From Eledone cirrhosa (Eukaryota), in NCBI GenBank assembly GCA_964016885.1, contig OZ024741.1, positions 385,020,001-385,084,000 on the forward strand: 64,000 nucleotides of DNA, written 5' to 3'. This document shows, one piece after another, positions 53,129 through 64,000 of this stretch (its first letter is position 1; every line of letters begins with the position of its first letter). The notes under the pieces are model-generated. The model worked only from the letters and a program-made list of their open reading frames with translations, was not told where the DNA came from and did not search any database. A program made the translations under genes and the position numbers.

Positions 53129-53238
53129 AGGGTCAGAAACGAAATATATATATATAGTAGTAATAATAATAAATGTGAAGTTTCAGAAGATCCCGTTAAG
53201 GGTGAAAGCAGCGATTCTTTGCTTAAACTTTAGTGTTA

Positions 53239-53332
<94 letters not shown>

Positions 53333-53450
53333 TGTCTATGTATATAAAACTTAAGAAAATTAACAAAGAGAAGGCAGTTGAGATGGTCTTGGGCAGTTCG
53401 CCCCCTACCAACGGTACACACACACACACACAAACATATATATATATATA

Positions 53451-55900
53451 ATATAATGAAATGACAGGAGGCTGGACTTGTGTAAATCCTTGAAAGGTTT
53501 GTTATACTATGATCATTTCAATGACCGGGTTCCGTATGAATCCGGTGATACCATCAGGTATTCGAAATATAATAAATGAATGTAATAGATAAAATCCATG
53601 GGGATGAAAATCAAAGATACTATATTGTATTTCTCCTGTGTTTTGATCTCTCCATTTACTCCACCACCACTCTTGTTTGTTTATTTATATCTTTCTACCT
53701 TTGCTGTATTAATGCCTTTTCCACGTATTCTACTTCTATACATCCATGTACTTTTTACTCCTCTTATTCGGACTTTTACTCGCGTGTACCCATTAGCACA
53801 CGACACTAGAATGTCTCCCTCTGGGAACAAAAATACTGCAACCTGAACTATATTGTATTTCTCCTATGTCTTGATTTCTCCATCTTACTCCACCACCACT
53901 CTTGTTGGTTTATTTATATATTTACACCTTTGCTTTATTAATGTGCTTTTCCACGTATTCTACTTCTATTTGTCCATGTATTTCTACTCCTCTTATTGGG
54001 ACTTTTACTCACTTGTACCCATTAGCACACGACACTAGAATGTCTCCCCCTGAGAACAAAAATAAATATTACCCGACTATATCCCTTACTCTACACCCCA
54101 CTAGGATAACTTATAGAAGATCTATATAATACAATTAAAGTTTCCTCATGAAAGACTCTCTTTAACTAAATCCCGCAAAACCTTAAAAAAGTTTTTAAAA
54201 TGTTTAATTTTCAATTTTCTAATTGTTCAATTCTCAATCTTCTTACTCTTTAATTTTATAATGTTATTCTGAATTTTTTCAACTTCATCCTATAAATCTA
54301 AACAATAATTTAACGTTCCAACTTTCTGTCGGACTGTTGGGTTGGTTTTCCTGGCGGCATGACCGGCCCCCTGGCGCATAGGCCTACCTCGAGTGCTTGG
54401 AAAAATAAATTTCCCCTTCTTTCGGTAAATGAAACTACTCGGAGTGGCTTGATTCGCCCCAGGGGCCCGGCGCGCAGCCGGTTTTTTGACCGCCATATAG
54501 TACCTTTAAATTACAGATCTAATCATAACTATTAGATGTATTACGCCTCCCTCAACTTAAGCAAATCCCCCTCCTGGGTAAATGAATGATACTGGTTTTG
54601 TACAAGGATGGCCTAACGATGCGGGCTGACTTCCTGTTGGCGCACCTGAAGCCTGTTATACATTCCTAGAGTGCTCGGAAAAATTGATTTCCATATCTTT
54701 AGCTACGCGATATTACTCGGAGTAGATGGGCTGCGCAAGCCTGTAGTCGCCGCATGCTGTTTGACGGCTAAACAAAGACATAATCTTTACTCTATAATAA
54801 AATTTAAGTTTCTTCATAAAAGACTCTTTCTTTGCCTAAACCTCGCAACCTTAAAAATGTTAAACTGTTTAACTTTCAATTTTATAATGTTAATATTAAA
54901 TATTAATTTTTTAACTTCATCCTATAAATCTAAACAAAAATGTAACGTTCCAATCTTCTGCTCACACATTATAACATACAGACCCCCACTATATTTACCT
55001 CTGCTAAGATACGGGTCCCTTAGAGAAAAACAATTTTTCGCGCCATTCCTGGCCTGACTGTAGTCTGACATTAGTACCGACCTTTCTTCCTCTTTCTTTC
55101 TGTCTTCTTGTAGCTCGACATTAAACCTGAATTTTCTTCTTCTTCCTTTTCTTCCTTCTCTTCCCCCTTCTTTCTGTCTTTCTTCTTGTGGCATGATATT
55201 AACGCTGACTTATCTTCCTCCCCCTTTTTGTTTGCCTATATTTGACCGGTAGTAGTTGTTAAGATACGGGTCCCTTAGAATAAACATTTTTTTCGCGACA
55301 TCCCTGGCCTCACTGTAGTTTGACATTAGTACCGACCTTTCTTCCTCTTTCTTTCTGTCTTTCTTCTTATAGCTGACATTAACCCTGACTTTTCTTCTTC
55401 TTCCTTTTCTTCCTTCCCCCTTCTTCTTTCTTCTTTCTTCTTTTTTCTTGTGGCATGATATTAACGCTGACTTATCTTCCTCTCCCTTTCTGTTTTCCTC
55501 TATTTGACCGGTAGTAGCACACTATAAGCTTTAGCCACGTCACTCGAGGGCGACCGGCAAAGGTGGAAGATGCTGGATGGCGGCCGTCTTCCGGTCTTTG
55601 ATTTTCAGCCCCATGGATTTTATCTATTACATTCATTTATTATATTTCGAATACCTGATGATATCACCGGATTCATACGGAACCCGGTCATTGAAATGAT
55701 CATAGTATAATAAACCTTTCAAGGATTTACACAAGTCCAGCCTCCTGTCATTTCATTATAATATTTAACTCCGTAATACCACCAACTACAAAAACAAAGA
55801 CGATTGAACTGCTTTACGTTGAATACTCTCCATATTATTACATTAAGATTGACCATGCGGAATTGACCAGCTCTATCCAGTGGTGAACCGCAAACCTGAA
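53451..55900 (+). mobile_element. Non-coding PLE-type element with ~165-bp inverted repeats and three internal duplications
   Basis: 53451-53617 is the reverse complement of 55595-55762; HHR lies within the repeats; (TA)n flanks. Confidence 0.8.
55651..55708 (+). ncRNA. Type I hammerhead (mirror copy at 53504-53561 carries A9G)
   Basis: ATAC-CTGATGA-tATcACCGG...CCGGTcATt-GAAA-TGATCA-TA^GTAT. Confidence 0.78.
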
Positions 55901-56262
55901 TATATATATATAAAATGTACGAAGTCAAATTTCGGGTTTTGAGGCACCAAGAATAGATGTATATATATATAAACATAAAGAAAGTGCACTTTTAACGGTC
56001 TTCACCTTAGTTTATAAGCTATCTTTATAGCATTTCTGTGCGTGACCACTTTCCTTATACTTTTATATGTATATATCATTATCGTCATCATCATTTGGTG
56101 TCTATTTTCCACGTTTACATGGACATGTTGTCAAGTTATGAGACGTCAGGTCAGGTGACCATATCTTGCTATACGAATCTGTATTTGCGATTGGCTTCTT
56201 TCAAAATTTGCCATGTTAACGTGTGAACTGGGTGCTTTTTATCTTACAGAGTGGTTTTGTCG

Positions 56263-56319
<57 letters not shown>

Positions 56320-56322
<3 letters not shown>

Positions 56323-56646
56323 AAAAAATGGGGAGAAGAATACTGCAGGTTGCACATGGATAACATGTTATAAAATGAGTCCCTCATCAGTGATTTGCCA
56401 ACGATCATAGATATTTCATTGCATTAAAAATCATATACCTCACGTTGGTGCAATAATAACTAAATTAAGTTATTAGGACAATTAAAACGCGTAAAGCGAG
56501 TGAGACAAGTAAACAACAAAGAGAAAAGCTAACCGTAGATAGGAAGAGGCACAAGCTACATAGTTATTCTATCAGCATAAGCTGGGTGAATATATGAGCG
56601 CGTAGAAAATAGACCTTTCGAGATGAATCCAATGTAAGAAAGAAGG

Positions 56647-56650
<4 letters not shown>
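56320..56650 (-). mobile_element. Diverged family B copy
   Basis: CTCATCAGTGA and CATATACCTCACGTTGGTGC blocks. Confidence 0.65.
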
Positions 56651-56704
<54 letters not shown>

Positions 56705-56789
56705 CGAAGGAAATGTGGTAAGGAACCAGGTGGACCATAACGCACCAAAGTAGTCAATACTTGAGGTAGTAGAGTGGGTAATACTGGTT

Positions 56790-56885
<96 letters not shown>

Positions 56886-56893
56886 TGTATGTA

Positions 56894-56925
<32 letters not shown>

Positions 56926-56929
56926 CGAC

Positions 56930-56962
<33 letters not shown>

Positions 56963-57273
56963 TATTAAAATACAAATATTAATAAAACATGTTCTTTTGA
57001 TCAATTACATTTTATTATACATATTTCGGATGTACAACAGTACGTCCTCATCAGACAAAATATAATGATACATGACATACCCTGAGATGTTAAATGGATA
57101 AGATTTAATCAAGGTAGTGATTAACCTAAGAGAAAGTTTAACATTTATACGCTAATAATGAGAAAATGCGAAAACGTAATAAATTCAATAGAGAATGTGT
57201 AAGTAAGAAAAACGTTGATTAATGTAACAGTTGTAGAGATTTTAAAATGTATGATACTAGAATTTATGTTTAT

Positions 57274-57550
57274 CTAGTCTTTATCACAGCTCATATGGTC
57301 ATTAAAAGAGAGGAATTTAAAATACTCCATTCTTTGGACAGAACTTCGGAACTGTGGAGTTTACCGCAACTCTAGTATATCAAATAACTGTGCGCTCTGT
57401 ACGATGGAGACCCTGTTGATTATTAATAACTATGAGACCCTAATTAACAAAAAAAGTGAATTATTCTCTAGTTGCCTCCATAAAGCTACGTCCACATTCT
57501 TAGCCTCCCACAAAACGAGAATAAAAGAGAGAGAAACACTTAGCCATTAA
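57274..57550 (+). pseudogene. PLE GIY-YIG, C-terminal fragment
   Basis: LSQLIWSLKERNLKYSILW...CALCTMETLLII...LINKKSELFSSCLHK. Confidence 0.8.
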
Positions 57551-58006
57551 AAACTTGGTTGTCAGACGTATATAATCAACAGGGAAAAACATTAATGGCC
57601 TTTAATATTGCATTATCTTATAACTATCTATAGAATACATAACGCTCGAATGAAAGACACTTGTTCAATAACATGCCGGAACATTGATATACATAACATA
57701 ATATTATCAACTTTGATCCATACCATTATTTCTTTATTTCTCTATCTTTATCTTCCTATCTAAGTTTTAAATTTTAGTTTAATATCCAACCCATACATTT
57801 TTACGGAACTTATTTCTAACTGTGAATCTTTCATGTGTTTTTGATCTCTTATTTATAATATGTATGTAATTATATTTTCTACGTTTTAAAATTTACCTAC
57901 TGCATTTTTATATCCATGATTCAAATATAGAGCAAATATACAAACTATAAATTATTATAGACCTTATTTTGAACTCTGAATTATCCATGCATTTATTATT
58001 GCTTTT

Positions 58007-58116
<110 letters not shown>

Positions 58117-59280
58117 AAAAGCAATAATAATATATATATATATATATATATATAACGAAGGAAATGTGGTAAGGAACCAGGTGGACCATAACGCACCAAC
58201 GTACTCAATACTTAGGGTAGTAGAGTGGGTAATAGGAACAAGTAAGACCCCGACGGCTGAGCTCAAGCCGTTTCGACGGCTAATTCTGTACTCAGAATAG
58301 CCGTCGAAACGGCTTGAGCTCAGCCGTCGGGGTCTTACTTGTTCCTATATATATATATATATATATATGTATTTAACTATAACACGTTCGAACTTTATTA
58401 TATAAAATTATAACCGTTATCATTTACCTAAAGTATACTGTATCAATAATACCTAATTTATATCCATATATACCTCCCTGTATCTTTCTATACATAATTT
58501 TTAGTTAACTTCTAAATTTCTGGTTTATTATTTATTTTGAACTATGAATAATTAATGCATTTACACCCTGTTATATATAGGTATATATTTAACTTTAGCA
58601 TGCCTCAATCTACTATTTTATTTTAATTTTCGTTATCATTTACCAAAAATATACTGGCTCATTAATATATATCTATATACATAATCGTTATTTAAATATT
58701 TCATAAGATTTACATACCAAATATGTTGACAATGATTATCTTCGGTAAAGTTTACATTTAGGAAAATATTCAACAGTGTAAATTTTCCTTTCCGCTGGCC
58801 AGCTGAATCCTTTAAATGTTATCCTCATAAAATTCAGAAGTTTAGAAATGTTAACACACTTATAGAATTTACAAAACTAATAAATATAAATAACCAGCAA
58901 TTAAAAAAAACCCCCTAAAATCTTGATTCTTCACCCTAAAATAGCATAAATTAAATATTTTCAAACTTAACCGTTTAACTTTCGGAAATAATCTCCTTCT
59001 ACATATATTACCCCTTATCTTTCCCTCTCTATATATCCTATTCCAGTGGCTCTCATTGACTGTTTTCCTAGATAAACATAAATTGTAGTATCATACATTT
59101 TAAAATCTCTACAACTGTTACATTAAACAACGTGTTTCTTACTCACACATTCTCTATTGAATTTATTACGTTTTCGCATTTTCTCATTATTAGCGTATAA
59201 ATGTTAAACTTTCTCTTAGGTTAATCACTACCTTGATTAAATCTTAACCATTTAACATCTCAAGGTATGTCATGTATCAT

Positions 59281-59339
59281 TATATTTTGTCTGATGAGGA
59301 CGTACTGTTGTACATCCGAAATATGTATAATAAAATGTA
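59281..59339 (+). ncRNA. Type I hammerhead, canonical core (mirror copy at 57006-57064, minus)
   Basis: 10-bp helix I TATATTTTGT/ATAAAATGTA; CTGATGA; GGAcGTAC/GTACaTCC; GAAA-TATGTA-TA^. Confidence 0.85.
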
Positions 59340-59496
59340 ATTGATCAAAAGAACATCTGTTTTATTAATATTTGTATTTTAATATTAATAACTTTGGAAA
59401 ATTATTATTAATCGTAGAGTGCTTCCAATCTACTGTAAAATTCATTCTTTGATATACTCATTGAATCTTGTTTAACTCTTTAATATATATATATAT

Positions 59497-60568
59497 GGGA
59501 TAACAAGTTATCGTTATAGGTAATCCAGTTAGAGGTAATCCGGTTAGAGTACTCTACGTCGTGGATGGTTTTAACGTACGGCTTTGTTTGACTCAACAAG
59601 ATGTTTCCATAGTTATGCAGCGAGTTCGCAGTAATTTCTATGCAGGTTATAGCAGGTTATACTTGGAGTAATAAAAGTTAAAGGAAGAAGAGTAAAATGG
59701 TTGGCTGTACAATAAGGGCTTTATTTAAAGTACTGACAATTGTTTCGTTGATCAGGTGTGTCTAGAGTTCGCTAATCGCTGAGGTTCAATCGATCTCCAA
59801 TACATTGTTTACCACTTGTCGACACATCAGAGCACATTGTGATTGATTTCTTATTTTGTGTCTCTCCTTTGTTGTTTCCTACACTATCACGTGTTTATGT
59901 GTTGGGTGCTGTGTACTTGGTTCCTGCATACGTTACATCTGGGTATGGGTGTCTGTGTGTTTATTTACTTGTCACAAATTGGTTGTTTGTTCTATATGTG
60001 CATGTCTAGTTTGTTTTATTAGTTTGGTTCTTGTGTGTCTCTGTATGTCTTTATCTTGTCCTTAATTATTAGTTGTGATGTTGTTGCTATTCCACTCATG
60101 TTTTCTGTTAAATTTTGGTTGGATTTCGTTTATGTTTGTCGCTTCTATAATTTGTCGGAGCATTCGGTCTTTTTTGTGTGTGGATATAATGTTCATCTGT
60201 ATGTTCTCTAATGTGCCCTTATGCCCCATTTTCGGATTTTGGTGGAGTACTGATGAGTTTTTCCCATCTTGGAGTTCTCGCCAGTGTTCATTTATTTCTT
60301 TCTCCTATGCTACGGGCTGTCTCATCTATGTATGTTATGTTCTTATTCCTACACAGTCTCTCAGTACATCTTATGCTAAACACTACGTTCCTAAGTTTGC
60401 AGTTAGTTTGTGGGCTGAATTTGCAGACTATGTATTTCGTATCAGTGTAGGTGTTTTTTGAAACGGATATGTTTCACTAATTAGGGCTTTTATGGGAATA
60501 TCAGGTCTTTCAATTATCTTAATATTTAGTTTTTGTTTGTCTAGAGCCCTTCTAAATCTGTAAGCTAG
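59497..60568 (-). mobile_element. PLE 3' fragment of a different clade (GIY-YIG plus degenerate HHR at 59730-59835)
   Basis: NCKLRNVVFSIRC...C...YIDETARSIGER, NEH, RMLRQIIEA, FNRKHEW; GTGCT-CTGATGT...GAAA-CAATTG-TC^AGTAC. Confidence 0.75.
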
Positions 60569-60617
60569 TTAGCCTCTGGGGATTGCATTGACGAACATTA
60601 CACTCTGGTATATATAA

Positions 60618-60830
60618 TGGTTTCTTATATAGGCACAATGCCAGCAATTTTTGGGGAGGGGCAAGTCGAATAAATCGACCCCAGTACTTAACTGGTACTT
60701 TATTTTATCGACGCCGTAAGGATGAAAGGCAAAGTTAACCTCGGCGGGATTTGAACTCAGATCATAAAGAGCCGTAACTCTATGCCGCAAAGCATGGCGT
60801 CCGACCCTCTACCGATACTGCCAATCCACT
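60618..60830 (-). mobile_element. Full-length SINE family 1
   Basis: A box, B box, core and tail. Confidence 0.9.
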
Positions 60831-61455
60831 GCTCTACTCTGGTACATATAATGAAACAGTATAAGTTCTGTAGAATTCCTCTCTTAACGAAAATATACAC
60901 GCTTATATATAAATATGTTTATATATTTATACTCCCCCCTATACACAGACATCGTTGGATTACGGTATCAATCGAATCCGTTTGCATAGTAAATTCACTA
61001 ATATCTGTTTCTGTATGGTATGAAAGTTATCTTTATTTTCATGCCCAGAAGGAGGCTTTCAAATTGTTCTAGGTCTTTGTTAAGCGGGAGGCATCTACGT
61101 GTCCTGGAATTAAATGTATATACTGTAAGCGATTTAGTATAATGTTGTGTATTTTATCCTTCATCAATATATAACGCTTTCCATTTATCAAACTGCCATC
61201 TGGTGAGAAACTTAGAATAGCTGGGAGATACAACAGCCAAACATACATAAATCATTATATACACCTAACTTTATGTATAAATAACTTTCATTATGAACAC
61301 TACTAAACAAAATCCACAAAAATATATACACGCACTTATATATGTATAAATATGTTCATATATGTGTGGCTGTCTGTATATCTGTATGCATATGTGTGTG
61401 TGTATGTATATATATATAAATATATGTATGTATATATATGTATATATATATATAT

Positions 61456-61502
<47 letters not shown>

Positions 61503-62365
61503 CACACACACACATATATATATATAAAGGTATGTATATGCACATATATGCACATATATACATCTACACATACATATATGTAATAAACAGAGGATGTATG
61601 CGTGATGCCGTCTCTCTTGTTTTTTAAAAATAATATATATAAAACCAAAGAGATGTATGTACAGAGATGTGTGTACAGAGATGTATGTACATATATTTAT
61701 ATATCCACGCCAATTGGTCTTTGGTATGTATCTCTTCCACAGTAATGTAGAGTGCAATCAAAGCCAGAAAGTGCATTAATTTGTCTCATAAACCATTAAC
61801 TCTGTCTGGGAAGTTGTTAGTTGTTACATACTATGATATATCGCAAGCTAATGGCTGAGACACATACACGTATAGACACATAGACACAAATTCACTTATA
61901 CATGTATGTACACACATAGACATACATTGGCACATAAACGCATCTACACACATAGGCATACATTCACATACAGCCGTAGACTTATAGAAGCAAATGCAGC
62001 AGGTATGCATACATACACACTTACACACAAACACAGACACACACATACACACACACACACATACTCACATCACACACATGCGCAGAAACACAATGAATCA
62101 CACTGACATTTACTGACTCATACTCACTGGGGTGCAGACAAATGCACACCATCCATAGACTATCATCCACTCACGCACACACGTAGTCCCACACATACAC
62201 TGACAACATACATACATGCAACTTATACAGACATATGACACATATCCACAATAGTACATACATACACACACACGCACAACACGCACACACATATATATGT
62301 ATAATTATATATATGTATATATATATAATTATAATTATATATATATATATATATACGGACGTGTA

Positions 62366-62399
<34 letters not shown>

Positions 62400-62400
<1 letters not shown>

Positions 62401-64000
62401 GGACGTGTAAAAACCCACCCACCAACCCACTATTAGATGCATTTGAGCAGGACCTTATGAACTTAATCCTTAAAATTAAATTCAAAGGACGCAACACCAA
62501 CAACAAATTACAGAAAGATATAAAAAAACTACTGGACGACCTTAAAAACACCAAAGGAATTGTAGTAAAAGCGGACAAAACATCAAACCTATATACTATG
62601 GATTGCACTACATACAACAACTTCATTCGAAAAGAATTACATAAAAAATATAGAAAAACGAATGAAGTAACTCTTAAGCACATCAATGATGAGGCATGCG
62701 AAATAGTGAAAAATCTCGGAATCGAAGATAGGACAGGACCACTCTTACCAGCGGTACCCACCTTCAATCTTAAGGACCATAAGGTAAACTTTGATAATGA
62801 CCCTAAAATTAGATTAATCTGCCCCTCTAAATCAGATATAGGTAAAATAAGCAAATATATCTTAGATAGAATCATCCCCAAATTAAGGCTAAGGTTAACA
62901 TTAAACTCTGGGGGAAGACCCAAGAAGCAATAAGATGGTTTAATAGCATTAGCAATAAGAATAAATCTAAGTTTATCCAGTTTGATATCGATGAATATTA
63001 CTCATCGATATCACCTGAAACTTTGAATAGAGCCATTAAGTTTGCTAAGGATAACTCTGACCTTACAAACGATGAAATTAAGATTATATTAGAAGCTAGG
63101 AAAACTATAGTCAAATTTGAGAACAGTTATTGGGTACGTAAAGATAGACCCTCTAACTTTGACATAACAATGGGCTCTAACGATTCGGCGGAAATAACTG
63201 ATATTGTGGGGTTATTTATCGCCTTTAGACTCCAGGAAAAATTCAGCAATCTCCACGGCGGAATATACCGCGACGATGTTCTCCTCCTCGTTAAAAACCT
63301 AAATAACCAAAAACTAGAAAAACTACGCAAAGATATAAGAAAACTACTACTCGAAATAGGACTAACTATAACATATGAATACAACCTTAAAGTAGTTAAC
63401 TTCCTGGATGTCACACTCAATTTAAACTCTGGTTTGATTAAACCGTTTCATAAATTGAATGAAAATCTCAAATACGTAATCTCTATAATTAAATCTATCC
63501 CTAAAAATATTTCCCTTAGAATCTCGGGTCTATCTTCTAACATACAAGTATTTAAGGAACACGCCGAGTACTACGATAACGCCCTTAGTAAAGCAGGCTA
63601 CCTCAACAAAATAGAGTATATAGATGGGAACAATCAAAACACCCAAAATAAATCCCACATAGGTAGATATAATAACACAACACCAAACCACACTTACTAC
63701 CATAGTATGCACACCAGTAAACCAACAAACAAAACTAATAGAAAGCGATGCAAAGAGTACTTATGGTATAACCCCGAATACAATAGTTCCATTAGTACAA
63801 ATTTACCAGTACTCTTCTTTAAAATAATTAAGAGACATTTTCCTACATCACACAAATACCACAAAATCCTAAACCCTACCACTATAAGACTGTCATACTC
63901 TACAGCGTTAAACCTTGAACAACACATAAAAAAGATCAATACTAGAAGGTTAAACGAAAACACTAAGAACTTAAGTACAAAGAACACAAAAAAAAACAGT
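62400..64000 (+). mobile_element. PLE RT ORF, 5'-truncated, one frameshift near 62905, runs off the window
   Basis: KADKTSNLY, RLICPSKSDIG, FIQFDIDEYYSSI, TMGSNDSAEITDIVG, IYRDD, NFLDVTL, WYNPEY; no stop from ~62907 to 64000. Confidence 0.88.

Overview
Eukaryotic, AT-rich, non-genic DNA. The SINE/LINE/microsatellite make-up suggests a cephalopod such as Octopus (inference). I found no convincing host exon, and almost all ORFs in the track are microsatellite artefacts. Main contents: (1) two head-to-tail, young Tx1/L1-type LINE copies at a (TACC)n/(TATC)n tract; (2) five Penelope-like element (PLE) RT/GIY-YIG remnants, plus many non-coding modules inserted in (TA)n as tandem/inverted arrays; (3) about ten distinct hand-folded type I hammerhead ribozyme (HHR) motifs in those modules, including a U3-A8 core variant in two unrelated families and a recurring U10.1-U11.1 variant; (4) many tRNA-derived SINEs, a 5S rRNA-derived SINE, and a 39-bp minisatellite born from a SINE head; (5) RTE and CR1-like LINE remnants, a mariner remnant, Tc2-like and piggyBac-like MITEs, and a non-autonomous Helitron. 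The best candidate for an undescribed system is the (TA)n-targeting PLE plus non-autonomous hammerhead (retrozyme-like) assemblage with non-canonical ribozyme cores. All structures were read by eye, and coordinates are approximate to a few nt.
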